A stretch of DNA of 63,341 nucleotides, the filler included. It is 8 parts of 8 records of this genome, joined end to end, with 100 filler letters (N's around TTAATTAATTAA, not from the genome) between each part and the next. Parts side by side here need not be neighbours in the genome. Positions count along the whole stretch, not along the records: positions 1 to 13,876 come from SRR20825010_856; positions 13,977 to 23,345 come from SRR20825010_867; 6 more parts are not named here. One strand, given 5' to 3'. Below, piece after piece: positions 10,527 through 21,378 of this stretch. The notes under the pieces are model-generated. The model saw only the letters and a program-made list of their open reading frames with translations. It did no database searches and was not told the DNA's origin. Numbering within the stretch: position 1 is the first letter of the stretch; every line of letters starts with the position of its first letter. A program made the position numbers and the translations under genes.

Positions 10527-12317
10527 TCAGAACTCCTCAGCCGTCAGAGCCATCATTGAGTCGCTACCACTGCGAATGCCCTCAGCCAGTGCGACGGTCT
10601 TCGGCAGCAATCGGTCGAAGTAGAAGCGTGCGCTCTTCACCTTGCCGGTGTAGAAGCCAGAGGTGTCGCCATCGGCCTTCGGTGCCGCCACTTTAACCAT
10701 TTTGGCCCACATATAGCCGAGAGCCGTCAGGCCAAACAGGTCGAGGTAGTCCACGGAGGCCGCGCCCACAGCGTCCGGGTTATCCCCAGCCTGCTTGATC
10801 ACATGCTCAGTCACATCCGACAGGCGCTCAAATGCTGCAGCCAGTGGCTCCAGGTAGGGGCGCAGGTTTTCGTCGCTGCTGTTTTCCTCGATGAAGGTGG
10901 CCACGTCCTCAGCAAATAGCTCATAAAGCTTGCCCTGGCTGCCGACCACTTTCCGACCCATCAGGTCCAGCGCCTGGATGCCGTTCGTGCCTTCGTAGAT
11001 CTGCGTTATGCGGCAGTCGCGAACCAGTTGTTCCTGGCCCCACTCCCGGATAAAGCCGTGACCGCCGAAAACCTGCTGGCCCATGATACAGGCGTCCAGG
11101 CCACGATCGGTCAGGAAAGCCTTCGCTACCGGTGTCAACAGCGCCACCATGCCCTCGGCATGCTTGCGGCGCTCGTCATCGTCGGAATACTTGGCGATAT
11201 CCAGCCACTGAGCAACATAGGTAGAGAACGCGCGCCCTCCTTCCACATACCCTTTCATGGTTAGCAGCATGCGGCGCACATCAGGGTGGACCAGGATCGG
11301 GTCCGCAGCTTTTTCCGGCTGCTGGGCACCCGTGGGAGCTCGGCTCTGGATACGCTCCAGAGCGTATTCACGAGCACTCTGCAGCGATGCTTCAGCAGCA
11401 CCAACACCCTGGATGCCCACGCCCAGACGCTCATAGTTCATCATGGTGAACATGGCGGCCAGTCCCTTGTTCTCCTCGCCAACCAGCCAGCCCCTGGCGC
11501 CGTCGAAGTTCATCACGCAAGTAGCGGACCCCTTGATGCCCATTTTTTTCTCGAGGGAACCGCAGCTCAGGCTATTGCGCTCGCCAAGGGAGCCGTCTTC
11601 GTTGACTGCAAACTTGGGCACCAAAAACAGGGAAATCCCCTTGGGGCCCTTGGGCGCATCCGGCAGCTTCGCCAACACCAGGTGGATGATGTTCTCCGCC
11701 ATGTCGTGCTCGCCCCAAGTAATGAAAATCTTGGTGCCCGTTACACTGAAGGATCCATCGCCATTAGGCTCGGCCTTGGTGCGGATAATCCCCAGATCCG
11801 TGCCCGCATGAGGTTCCGTCAGGTCCATAGCGCCTGACCAGGTACCCGCGTACATATTAGGCAGGTATTTTTCCTTGAGCTCCTGACTGCCATGGGCGTC
11901 CAGGGCCAGGCAGGCGCCCGCCGTCAGCATCGGGGCTAGGCCAAAGGCCATGTTGGCCGCCTGCATCATCTCCTCAAACTGGGCAACCAGAGTTTTTGGC
12001 ATGCCCATACCGCCAAACTCCGGGTTGCCGCCCAGGCCGTTCCAGCCACCCTCAACGATGGTCTGGTAGGCCTCGCGAAACCCCTCGGGTGTGGACACGT
12101 CGCCGTCATTCCACTTACAGCCTTGCTCATCGCCCTCGCGGTTCAGAGGAGCCAGCACACCACTGGTAATCTTACCGGCTTCTTCCAGAATGGCGTCGGC
12201 AGTGTCCGGGTCAACGTTCTCTGCCACTTTGGGCAGAGACGCCCAAAGAGCCGGCGCATCAAATACTTCATTCAGGACAAAGCGCATGTCACGTAAAGGT
12301 GCCTGATAATCAGCCAT
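10527..12317 (-). CDS. Acyl-CoA dehydrogenase (~600-aa type)
   Basis: LTEPHAGTDLG, GTKIFIT, EKKMGIKGS, QVFGGHGFI, IYEGTNGIQALDL; GGAG RBS. Confidence 0.95.
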   Translation of the reverse strand: MADYQAPLRDMRFVLNEVFDAPALWASLPKVAENVDPDTADAILEEAGKITSGVLAPLNREGDEQGCKWNDGDVSTPEGFREAYQTIVEGGWNGLGGNPEFGGMGMPKTLVAQFEEMMQAANMAFGLAPMLTAGACLALDAHGSQELKEKYLPNMYAGTWSGAMDLTEPHAGTDLGIIRTKAEPNGDGSFSVTGTKIFITWGEHDMAENIIHLVLAKLPDAPKGPKGISLFLVPKFAVNEDGSLGERNSLSCGSLEKKMGIKGSATCVMNFDGARGWLVGEENKGLAAMFTMMNYERLGVGIQGVGAAEASLQSAREYALERIQSRAPTGAQQPEKAADPILVHPDVRRMLLTMKGYVEGGRAFSTYVAQWLDIAKYSDDDERRKHAEGMVALLTPVAKAFLTDRGLDACIMGQQVFGGHGFIREWGQEQLVRDCRITQIYEGTNGIQALDLMGRKVVGSQGKLYELFAEDVATFIEENSSDENLRPYLEPLAAAFERLSDVTEHVIKQAGDNPDAVGAASVDYLDLFGLTALGYMWAKMVKVAAPKADGDTSGFYTGKVKSARFYFDRLLPKTVALAEGIRSGSDSMMALTAEEF

Positions 12318-12478
12318 CTCAAAACTCTCCACAATTCAGTCAGTCTGCGAAGTGAACAACGATGGACCTTCGGCCCTGATCACTTCCTCGGCTATGTGTC
12401 CGCACAGGTTATATTTATGGTGGCCTATTCTACCCTATCGGAGCCCCCAACTCATGGAGCACCGGCGGCCATGTCATC

Positions 12479-12511
12479 AAAAAAGCCCGCCTCCTGGGAG
12501 AGCGGGCTTTT
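12479..12511 (-). terminator. Rho-independent terminator
   Basis: AAAAAAGCCCGC...GCGGGCTTTT just downstream of the 12536 stop. Confidence 0.8.
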
Positions 12512-12535
12512 AGAGTTCCGTGAAACCCGCCTTAG

Positions 12536-13876
12536 TTAGAGGGCGAAGGCTTCTTCCGGCATGTCCATCAGGCTGTCTGAGCCCGCCAGCATGCTTTCCG
12601 CATGCCCTTTGGCCCGCGGCAGCATGCGCTTGAAGTAGAAGCGCGCTGTCTGAACCTTGGCGTTATAGAACATTTCCTCGGTGGTACCTTCCACCATCTT
12701 GTCCAGCGCGACCTTGGCCATACGGGCCCAAAGATAGGCGAAAACAGCGTAACCGGAGTACATCAGGTAGTCCACGGAGGCCGCGCCCACTTCTTCGCGG
12801 TTCTTCATGGCGGACATGCCAACCTTGGTGGTCAGTTCGCCCCACTCCTTGTTCATGGCGGCCAACGGCTCAACGAATTCTTTCAACTGCTCGTTGTCGG
12901 CGTTTTCCTTGCAGAACACGTGAACCTGCTTGGTGAAACCTTTCAGGGATTCACCTTGGGTCATCAGTACTTTGCGACCGAGAAGATCCAGCGCCTGAAT
13001 ACCGGTGGTGCCTTCATAGATCATGCCGATACGGGAATCACGAACGTTCTGCTCCATACCCCACTCGGAGATAAACCCGTGACCACCGAATACCTGCATA
13101 CCCAGGTTGGCTGCTTCGTAACCGATCTCGGTCAGGAACGCCTTGGCGATCGGGGTGAGGAAGCCTAGGGCTTCATCAGCCGCTTTGCGATCTTCCTCGG
13201 TCTTACCGCTGTGAACGATATCAGCCTGCTGTGCGGTCAGGTAAATCAGAGCACGGGCGCCTTCTGCAACCGCTTTCTGGCTCAGCAGCATGCGACGAAC
13301 ATCCGGGTGAACGATAATCGGGTCAGCGATACCCTCGGGGTTCTTCGGACCACTCAGCGAGCGCATGGCCAGACGGTCTTTGGCGTAGGCCAGGGAGCCC
13401 TGGAAGCCAAGCTCAGCAGCACCCAGACCCTGGATCGCGGTACCAATACGCGCCGTGTTCATAAAGGTGAACATGCAGTTCAGGCCCCTGTTCTCAGGCC
13501 CGATCAGCCAGCCTTTGGCACCGTCGAAATTCATCACACAAGTGGCGTTGCCGTGAATACCCATCTTGTGCTCGATGGAACCACAGGAAACGGCATTGCG
13601 CTCACCGGAAGAGCCGTCGTCATTCGGCAGAAGCTTGGGCACGATAAACAGGGAAATGCCCTTGGTACCTTCAGGAGCGCCTGGCAGCCGGGCCAGCACA
13701 ATGTGGACGATGTTTTCGGCCATGTCATGCTCACCAGCGGAAATGAAGATCTTGGTGCCGGTGATGCTGTAGGTGCCGTCTGCATTGGGCTCAGCCTTAG
13801 AACGCAGCGTGCCCAGGTCGGAACCGCAATGAGGCTCGGTCAGACACATGGTGCCGGTCCACTCGCCGCTGATCAG
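12536..13876 (-). CDS. Acyl-CoA dehydrogenase paralog (5' truncated by contig end)
   Basis: MCLTEPHCGSDLG, GTKIFIS, IYEGTTGIQALDL; tandem with the 10527 gene. Confidence 0.93.
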   Translation of the reverse strand: MISGEWTGTMCLTEPHCGSDLGTLRSKAEPNADGTYSITGTKIFISAGEHDMAENIVHIVLARLPGAPEGTKGISLFIVPKLLPNDDGSSGERNAVSCGSIEHKMGIHGNATCVMNFDGAKGWLIGPENRGLNCMFTFMNTARIGTAIQGLGAAELGFQGSLAYAKDRLAMRSLSGPKNPEGIADPIIVHPDVRRMLLSQKAVAEGARALIYLTAQQADIVHSGKTEEDRKAADEALGFLTPIAKAFLTEIGYEAANLGMQVFGGHGFISEWGMEQNVRDSRIGMIYEGTTGIQALDLLGRKVLMTQGESLKGFTKQVHVFCKENADNEQLKEFVEPLAAMNKEWGELTTKVGMSAMKNREEVGAASVDYLMYSGYAVFAYLWARMAKVALDKMVEGTTEEMFYNAKVQTARFYFKRMLPRAKGHAESMLAGSDSLMDMPEEAFAL

Positions 13877-13976
13877 NNNNNNNNNNNNNNNNNNNNNNNN
13901 NNNNNNNNNNNNNNNNNNNNTTAATTAATTAANNNNNNNNNNNNNNNNNNNNNNNNNNNNNNNNNNNNNNNNNNNN
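13877..13976. other. Artificial contig spacer
   Basis: 44 N + TTAATTAATTAA + 44 N. Confidence 0.99.
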
Positions 13977-14014
13977 AACCCTACCGATAGCTATCGGTAG
14001 GGTTCCTTTTTTTT
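13977..14014 (+). terminator. Perfect palindrome with U tract (terminator/REP-like)
   Basis: AACCCTACCGATAGCTATCGGTAGGGTT followed by CC and a T run. Confidence 0.75.
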
Positions 14015-14062
14015 GTGCTCTCATTCAATTTGGTAAAAAAGCTCATTGCCGAACAATCAGGT

Positions 14063-15034
14063 TTAATTCAAATTAATTTTATCTATTCTACAAGAATTAT
14101 TGAGATGCGAATTTTCTATAAGGATCAAAAGGTTGTTATCGTCAACAAACATAAATTTAGGTCTCATCCTGAGAGGAGCCACCTTCAACAGATTCATGTT
14201 GTCATCGATGGAATAGCTGTAGAGCTTATAATAATCGTCAGCCGCATAAAGGACGTTATGATCTACAACAAAAGTCTCGAAAGTTTTGCTGGTGTTGTTT
14301 TCATCCAATAACGCATGGATCGTCCACTCTTCCATATTGATGATTTTGATTCCATTTTCCATGAAATTTGGACCTCCTTCAACATAATAGGCCAAACTGG
14401 AATTGGGTATCAAATTCGCTAACGCATCTTCAAATGGCTTGAAAATATGATTAACAATATCACCTTCGTCATCCAGTTCAAATTTGACTAAGCCCGTAGG
14501 CGAAACCACTGTTCCGAAGATACAATTAAGACTTTTGTTGTATTCAATGCTTTTGATAGTGCCTTTGAAAGCAACATCGTATGCTTTTTGCTTTCCGGTA
14601 TTTCTGTCATATGATTTAATGGAGCTGAATGAGATATAATAAATGTATTGTTTGTTTGAGATTATCGGATCATACGAACTCGAAAACCCAAAGTCAATTT
14701 CATTTACCTCCATGTTTTCCAAATTAATTATCTGAAATGAGTCACTACCATTATAGAAATAAAATTCATGCGAATTGTTGGGGTTTCCTACTCCAAAAGC
14801 AAGACCTGTAGAAAGAACTGTTAAAGGTCTTTGCACCAATAATTCATTATTGATGTAATCATATGTCTGAATATATGAATCACTCCACTGATTTTGGAAA
14901 AACAACAATTGACCAGTTCCCGACAGGAGAAAAGCTTCATCAGGATTAAACGTTAGTTCAAAAGGCTCTGGGAGCTCATCTGGTTTACATGAAAACATAA
15001 AAAATGCTATAAGAAACAATGTTTGTACTTTCAT
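14063..15034 (-). CDS. Hypothetical lipoprotein, beta-rich (possibly propeller)
   Basis: Signal peptide ending FMFSC; AT-rich; repeated short beta-strand-like segments. Confidence 0.7.
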   Translation of the reverse strand: MKVQTLFLIAFFMFSCKPDELPEPFELTFNPDEAFLLSGTGQLLFFQNQWSDSYIQTYDYINNELLVQRPLTVLSTGLAFGVGNPNNSHEFYFYNGSDSFQIINLENMEVNEIDFGFSSSYDPIISNKQYIYYISFSSIKSYDRNTGKQKAYDVAFKGTIKSIEYNKSLNCIFGTVVSPTGLVKFELDDEGDIVNHIFKPFEDALANLIPNSSLAYYVEGGPNFMENGIKIINMEEWTIHALLDENNTSKTFETFVVDHNVLYAADDYYKLYSYSIDDNMNLLKVAPLRMRPKFMFVDDNNLLILIENSHLNNSCRIDKINLN

Positions 15035-15343
15035 GTTTTTCTTTATTGATTCATGTTTCCGCCCTGACGCGAGCGTCCGCTTATGTTTTTTTTTGTAATT
15101 TATCTAATTTATGATTATCGGAGAATCTATTTTGTTCCTCCATTTTCTCGCCTTTATTGGTGTTATCACACACTCAATAAGAGGAGTCTCAGCATCTGGG
15201 ATTCCTCTTTTTCTTTCACACCAGTCATCAATCTATCTGCCTGCCCTTCAAATAAAATTTCCTCTTCAAATAGAAGATCGATAGATTGCCCCTTAACCCT
15301 AAAGTTGTTAATTGACTTTTTGTAATTTGTAATTTCCTACGCT

Positions 15344-16591
15344 ATGTATATTCCCGAGATTGAGGATGTAAAAAAAGCTCAAAACAAGCTGAGCAAAGTG
15401 GTGATTCACACTCCGCTGCAGCAAAACCTGAATCTTAGCGATAAGTTCAACGCAAACGTATACCTCAAAAGAGAGGACGCACAGGTGGTGAGGTCCTATA
15501 AAATCCGTGGGGCCTACAACAAGCTCATCTCATTAGATAAAAAGAGTCTGGCAAAAGGTGTCGTCTGTGCCAGCGCAGGAAACCACGCTCAGGGCGTGGC
15601 ATTTTCCTGTCAAAAACTTGGTGTAAAAGGAACAATATTTATGCCTGCCCCTACCCCCAAGCAAAAGCTGCAACAGGTACGCATGTTTGGCAAGGACATG
15701 GTGGACATCATTTTGGGGGGCGATACGTTTGATGACGCCTACCAGGCGGCCCGCCAGTTTTGCGATGAACATGAAAGTACTTTTGTTCATCCATTTGATG
15801 ATGAAAAAGTCATAGAGGGGCAAGCCACCATTGGGCTGGAGCTCTTCAGCGATGCGGATTTCAACATTGATTACCTCTTCATTCCCATTGGAGGAGGCGG
15901 CTTATCTGCAGGCGTTTCGAGCGTACTTCACACCCTGAGCCCAAAGACCAAAATCATCGGTGTGGAACCAGAAGGTGCCCCGGCTATGCTGGAGGCCATT
16001 AAAAAAGGAGAAGTGATCACCCTTGACAAAATTGACAAATTCGTTGACGGAGCAGCCGTGAAGCGTGTTGGAGAATTGACTTTACCACTGTGCAAAAAAT
16101 TTGTTGACGAGATCGCCCTTGTTAACGAAGGCAAGCTTTGCTCCTCGCTTATCAATATGTACAACGAAAGTGGGATTATACTGGAGCCAGCTGGTGCGCT
16201 TTCGGTAGCGGTACTCGATCAATATGCTGATAAAATCAAGGGAAAAAATGTAGTCTGTGTGCTCTCTGGGAGCAACAATGACATCACCCGTACAGAGGAA
16301 ATTCGTGAGAGGTCTTTGTTATATGAAGGACTGATGCACTATTTCATTGTGCGCTTTCCACAACGAGCCGGTGCTTTGAAGGAATTTGTAAGTGAAATTC
16401 TCGGGCCGGAAGATGATATTATTCATTTCGAATACACCAAAAAAAACTCCCGCGAAAAAGGTTCCGCCGTAGTTGGTGTAGAACTTAAAAGCAGGAAGGA
16501 TTTCGACCCGCTGCTTGAAAGAATGAAAGAACACAACTTCTTCGGCGAATACCTCAATCACAAACCGGATTTGTTCAATTACATCGTTTGA
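15344..16591 (+). CDS. ilvA: Threonine ammonia-lyase (short form, one regulatory domain)
   Basis: KRED..VRSYKIRGA PLP lysine, ASAGNHAQG, GGGGL, FPQRAGALKEF. Confidence 0.95.
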   Translation: MYIPEIEDVKKAQNKLSKVVIHTPLQQNLNLSDKFNANVYLKREDAQVVRSYKIRGAYNKLISLDKKSLAKGVVCASAGNHAQGVAFSCQKLGVKGTIFMPAPTPKQKLQQVRMFGKDMVDIILGGDTFDDAYQAARQFCDEHESTFVHPFDDEKVIEGQATIGLELFSDADFNIDYLFIPIGGGGLSAGVSSVLHTLSPKTKIIGVEPEGAPAMLEAIKKGEVITLDKIDKFVDGAAVKRVGELTLPLCKKFVDEIALVNEGKLCSSLINMYNESGIILEPAGALSVAVLDQYADKIKGKNVVCVLSGSNNDITRTEEIRERSLLYEGLMHYFIVRFPQRAGALKEFVSEILGPEDDIIHFEYTKKNSREKGSAVVGVELKSRKDFDPLLERMKEHNFFGEYLNHKPDLFNYIV

Positions 16592-16695
16592 GCAGCGAAA
16601 GAATATTCCAAAATACTTATTAGGATCACCCAGTAGTCTTAAATTCGCAGTTGGATTTCGAAAGAGGAGGGAAAAGCAAAATCAATCGTTTTAAG

Positions 16696-19131
16696 ATGAA
16701 AGTATTAAAATTTGGTGGCACATCAGTCGGATCGGAAGAAGCGATCAGACAAGTAGCCAAAATTGTCATTGGTAAAGCACAAACTGATAAGGTTATTGTC
16801 GTGGTGTCTGCCGTTGGGGGAATCACGGATAAACTGCTTAAAATAGGGGAATTGGCCGAGAACGGAAACCCTGCTTATCAGGACGCCATTCAGGAATTGC
16901 GATCACTGCACGAAACACTCTATAAATCACTCACCAAAGATTCCAAAAGCGAGCAAATCGCCGGCATCATAAGCGAATTGGAAGAAATCTGTCGTGGGGT
17001 TTTTCTTCTTAAGGAACTTACCCCAAGAAGCAGCGACTATATCGTCAGCACAGGCGAGCGACTTTCATCATTTATAATAGCAGCTTTTATCAGCCAAAGC
17101 TTTGCTGATACGGCACTGTTTGATTCCCGTGAAGTTCTCAAAACGGACAAACAGTTTGGCAATGCCAATGTGGACTTTGAAGTTTCCGGAAAACTTGTTT
17201 CAGCACTAAAATTCAAGCAAGTAAATATTTTCCCAGGCTTTATAGCTTCCACACCCGATAATGAAACCATAACGCTTGGTCGTGGAGGGTCAGATTATAC
17301 AGCCGCCATTTTAGCCAAATTGATCAATTCGAGTGATCTGGAAATATGGACCGACGTTGATGGTATCATGACTGCCGATCCACGATTGGTGAAACAAGCG
17401 CATTTCATCGAACATATATCTTACGAAGAGGCACTTGAACTTTCGCATTTTGGCGCAAAGGTGATTTACCCACCAAGTATCCAACCTGCTTTGGAAATCG
17501 GTATACCCATCATCATCAAAAACACATTCAACCCGGAACATCAGGGAACAGAAATCACCAAAGAATGGGACGAGGACAAACAACTCATACGTGGAATCAC
17601 GAGCATAAAAGACATCAGCCTGATCAATCTCTCAGGTGGTGGTATGGTTGGAATTCCCAGTTTCTCCTTTCGCTTATTTAAAGCGCTTTCAGAAAATAAA
17701 ATCAACATCATCCTGATCACTCAGGCGTCATCCGAGCACACCATCACCGTGGGAATTGCCACAAAAGATGCGAAAACGGCTGTAGCATGCCTGAACGCGG
17801 AATTTAAAGCAGAAATTAAGAGCAACTCTATCAACCCAATTGAAGCGGAAGACGACCTATCCATTATAGCGTTGGTTGGTGCCAACATGCGAAATCAGGT
17901 TGGTGTAAGCGGACAAATGTTTAATGTGCTCGGTAGAAATGGGGTTAGCATCAAGGCCATCGCACAAGGTTCATCCGAAAGGAACATATCTGCGGTAATT
18001 ACCCGTGAGGATTTGGACAAGGCACTAAACGTGCTTCACGAGAGCTTCTTCCTGTCCAACATGAAACGTATCAATCTGTTCATCATAGGAACAGGAAATG
18101 TTGGAAAGGCATTCATCAAGCAGCTCACCGGCCAGTTTGCCTATTTAAAAAAGCAACACAACCTCAATATCAAAATCATTGGATTGGCCAACTCCAGAAA
18201 AATGGCTTTCATGAAAGACGGCATTCCACTTTCCAAATGGGAGGAAAAGATGAGTGAGTCAACTGAAAAATTTGACCGTAAGTCGTTTTTCGAATACATG
18301 GAAAACTACAACCTTCGTAATTCCATTTTTGTCGATATCACAGGATCGCCGGAAATAGCAGGTATGTATCCTGATATCCTGAAAGAAAGTGTATCGGTGG
18401 TTACTCCAAACAAGATCGCTGCAACAGGGAGGTTTGAAGATTACCTGGCCTTAAAAGACACCTCCAAGCGATTTGGAAGTCACTTTTTGTTTGAAACCAA
18501 TGTTTGCGCTGGCCTTCCGGTACTTTCTACTTTATCAGATTTAATCAAATCTGGTGATCAGATTCATTCAGTAGAGGCGGTACTTTCGGGCACCCTCAAT
18601 TTCCTTTTCAACGAATACAATGGAAAAGAGAAGTTTGTAGACATAATAAAAAAGGCAAAAGAAATGGGCTACACCGAACCCGATCCTCGTTTGGATCTTT
18701 TCTGTGAGGATGTGAAAAGAAAAATACTTATTCTAATCCGGGAAAGCGGTTATGTGCATGAATTGGATGAAATTTCGCTGGAATCATTCCTGCCACAGAG
18801 CTGCGTGGACAGTACGTCCATTGAAGATTTTTATGCGAAAGTAGAAAAGGAAGAAGCTCACTTTAAAGCCATCTATGAAAAATCAAAGGCGAACAAAGCT
18901 CAATTGAGGGTCGTGGCAAGCTACAAAAACGGAGCAGCCTCAGTTGGCTTAAAAGAAATTTCATCGGAACATCCATTCTTCTATCTCGAAGGAAGCGACA
19001 ACATCGTCCTTTTCTTCACCAATCGCTACAAAGCTCAGCCTTTGGTGATCAAAGGGGCTGGTGCAGGAGCTGATGTTACAGCCTCAGGAATATTTGCAGA
19101 TGTATTACGAATTGCCCAATCGAACTATTGA
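16696..19131 (+). CDS. thrA: Bifunctional aspartokinase / homoserine dehydrogenase I
   Basis: KVLKFGGTS, LGRGGSDY, two ACT domains, GTGNVG, YTEPDPR, GAGADVTA. Confidence 0.97.
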   Translation: MKVLKFGGTSVGSEEAIRQVAKIVIGKAQTDKVIVVVSAVGGITDKLLKIGELAENGNPAYQDAIQELRSLHETLYKSLTKDSKSEQIAGIISELEEICRGVFLLKELTPRSSDYIVSTGERLSSFIIAAFISQSFADTALFDSREVLKTDKQFGNANVDFEVSGKLVSALKFKQVNIFPGFIASTPDNETITLGRGGSDYTAAILAKLINSSDLEIWTDVDGIMTADPRLVKQAHFIEHISYEEALELSHFGAKVIYPPSIQPALEIGIPIIIKNTFNPEHQGTEITKEWDEDKQLIRGITSIKDISLINLSGGGMVGIPSFSFRLFKALSENKINIILITQASSEHTITVGIATKDAKTAVACLNAEFKAEIKSNSINPIEAEDDLSIIALVGANMRNQVGVSGQMFNVLGRNGVSIKAIAQGSSERNISAVITREDLDKALNVLHESFFLSNMKRINLFIIGTGNVGKAFIKQLTGQFAYLKKQHNLNIKIIGLANSRKMAFMKDGIPLSKWEEKMSESTEKFDRKSFFEYMENYNLRNSIFVDITGSPEIAGMYPDILKESVSVVTPNKIAATGRFEDYLALKDTSKRFGSHFLFETNVCAGLPVLSTLSDLIKSGDQIHSVEAVLSGTLNFLFNEYNGKEKFVDIIKKAKEMGYTEPDPRLDLFCEDVKRKILILIRESGYVHELDEISLESFLPQSCVDSTSIEDFYAKVEKEEAHFKAIYEKSKANKAQLRVVASYKNGAASVGLKEISSEHPFFYLEGSDNIVLFFTNRYKAQPLVIKGAGAGADVTASGIFADVLRIAQSNY

Positions 19132-19134
19132 TTT

Positions 19135-20064
19135 ATGAATGAAGTAAAAGTTTTTGCTCCCGCTTCAGTAGCGAATGTTGGCTGTGGTTACGATACCATT
19201 GGTTTCGCCATAGACGGACTTGGAGACGAAATCACCATGTCCAAAAGAAGTGATTCTGCGCTTGTAATTAAAGACATCATTGGTGCTGACCTTCCTATGG
19301 AACCGGAAGAGAACGTGGCATCCATCGCTGTAAAGGCGTTGCTGGATCACCTTGGTTCAAAGCAAGGGTTTGATATTACTATCAAGAAGCTTTTTAAACC
19401 GGGTAGTGGCTTGGGATCCAGTGCATCAAGTGCTGCCGGAGCTGTATTTGCAGCTAATATCCTTTTGGGCGAGCCAATTGAAGAGAAGCAGGACTTGCTT
19501 CAGTTTGCCCTGGAGGGAGAGGCTTTTGCATCGAAGTGCTATCATGCGGACAATGTTGCCCCTTCTTTGATGGGTGGCTTCAACGTGATCAGAAGCTACG
19601 AGCCCGTTTTGGATATCTTTCAAGTAAATGTTCCGTCAGACCTTTGGGTACTGATCGTTTTCCCCGATGTGGTTATCAAAACCGCCGAATCTAAGAAACT
19701 GATACCTACTACACTAAGTATAAAAGATGCCAGAGATCAATGGTCGAATGTAGCAGGTTTAATACAAGCCTTTAATACGCATGATTTTGTATTGTTGAAA
19801 AAATCAGTGACCGATTTGATCGCAGAGCCAGTTCGGAAAGGATTTATACCAGGTTACGATCAGGTAAAAGAACTAGTTTTTGAAAGTGGCAGTGTTGGAT
19901 TCAATATTTCAGGGTCAGGCCCAAGCATGTTTGCCTTTTTTAAGAATGAAAAAGAAATGAACAAGGCAAAGCCTGGAATTCGAAAACTTTACGAAGAAAA
20001 AAACTTACCAGTAATTCTTCATTCATCTAAAATCAACCTTCATGGTTGTGAGATTATAGGGTAA
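19135..20064 (+). CDS. thrB: Homoserine kinase
   Basis: APASVANVGCGYD, PGSGLGSSASSA GHMP motif, HADNVAP, ISGSGPS. Confidence 0.96.
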   Translation: MNEVKVFAPASVANVGCGYDTIGFAIDGLGDEITMSKRSDSALVIKDIIGADLPMEPEENVASIAVKALLDHLGSKQGFDITIKKLFKPGSGLGSSASSAAGAVFAANILLGEPIEEKQDLLQFALEGEAFASKCYHADNVAPSLMGGFNVIRSYEPVLDIFQVNVPSDLWVLIVFPDVVIKTAESKKLIPTTLSIKDARDQWSNVAGLIQAFNTHDFVLLKKSVTDLIAEPVRKGFIPGYDQVKELVFESGSVGFNISGSGPSMFAFFKNEKEMNKAKPGIRKLYEEKNLPVILHSSKINLHGCEIIG

Positions 20065-20091
20065 CAGGGGCTATCAATTCATAACGGAAAC

Positions 20092-21378
20092 ATGAAATTT
20101 TACAGTACAAAGGGAAAAAGTGAAGTAGTGTCTTTCAGAGAAGGTGTCATCAAAGGACTCCCAGATGATAACGGTCTCTTTTTTCCCGAGTTCATTCCTA
20201 AATTGAATCTTGATTTTCTTAAGTCCTTAAAAAACCACACCCTTCCTGAAATCGGAACAGAAGTCATGCGGCATTTCACTCATGAGGACATTCAGGGAGC
20301 TAAGCTGGAGCAAATCATGGGCGAGGTTCTCGATTTTGAGATCCCCGTAAAAAAAATAACCAGCAATATCTCCAGTCTGGAGCTGTTTCATGGTCCTACT
20401 TATGCATTCAAAGACGTTGGGGCTCGTTTTCTTGCGAGATGCCTGGGGTATTTCAATGAATCAGATAATAAGGAGATAACCATTCTTGTAGCCACTTCTG
20501 GAGATACAGGTGGAGCTGTGGCAGCAGGTTTTTATAAAGTTCCCGGTGTTAAAGTAGTCATCCTTTATCCATCTGGAAAAGTAAGTGAACTGCAGGAAAA
20601 GCAATTAACCACCCTTGGTGAGAATATAACCGCATTGGAAATTGATGGCGATTTTGATGATTGTCAGGCCTTGGTGAAAACCGCTTTTCTAGATAAGGAG
20701 ATCAACGCGAAATTATCCTTATCCTCTGCCAATTCGATAAACATTGCACGTTGGCTGCCTCAGTCCATCTATTATTACGAGGCGCTAAAACAGCTTGAGT
20801 CTGATAATCCAGTCGTTATTTCAGTTCCAAGTGGAAACTACGGAAATATCACAGCAGGAATGCTGGCTAAAAAAATGGGTCTACCCATACATCGATTCAT
20901 TGCAGCATCAAATGCAAATGACATTGTGCCAAGGTATATAAAGAACGGTGTTTACGAGATTCAACCGACAGTTGCCACTCTCAGCAACGCCATGGACGTC
21001 AGTAACCCGAGTAATTTCCCTCGAATGATGGAATTGTACAATAAAGACTGGGACGCGGTTAAAAAAGACGTTATTGGCTTTTCTCTTGATGACGCCCACA
21101 CATTAAAAACAATGGCCAATTGCGAGAAAACAACCAAATACATATTGGATCCACATGGAGCGGTTGGTTTTGAAGCGCTCACCCAGATTTTGGATAAAAA
21201 CGAGCAAGGCATTTTCCTTGAAACGGCGCATCCATGCAAATTTATTGACACAGTTGAAAAGGCACTTAACCAAAAAATAAGTCTCCCAACCTTTGTGGAA
21301 GGATTGATGAAAAAAGAGAAAACCTCCTCAAGATTGAATAAGGACTTTCAAGGATTTAAGGCCTATCTGCTAAGCTAA
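20092..21378 (+). CDS. thrC: Threonine synthase
   Basis: LELFHGPTYAFKD, ATSGDTG, SANSINIAR, VPSGNYGN. Confidence 0.97.
   Translation: MKFYSTKGKSEVVSFREGVIKGLPDDNGLFFPEFIPKLNLDFLKSLKNHTLPEIGTEVMRHFTHEDIQGAKLEQIMGEVLDFEIPVKKITSNISSLELFHGPTYAFKDVGARFLARCLGYFNESDNKEITILVATSGDTGGAVAAGFYKVPGVKVVILYPSGKVSELQEKQLTTLGENITALEIDGDFDDCQALVKTAFLDKEINAKLSLSSANSINIARWLPQSIYYYEALKQLESDNPVVISVPSGNYGNITAGMLAKKMGLPIHRFIAASNANDIVPRYIKNGVYEIQPTVATLSNAMDVSNPSNFPRMMELYNKDWDAVKKDVIGFSLDDAHTLKTMANCEKTTKYILDPHGAVGFEALTQILDKNEQGIFLETAHPCKFIDTVEKALNQKISLPTFVEGLMKKEKTSSRLNKDFQGFKAYLLS

Noticed and set aside
13921-13932. TTAATTAATTAA repeated seven times
   Set aside because: Artificial six-frame-stop linker inside N runs, not a biological repeat.
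15083-15325. 80-aa ORF upstream of ilvA
   Set aside because: Low-complexity AT-rich intergenic sequence between divergent genes; not a Thr/Ile leader.
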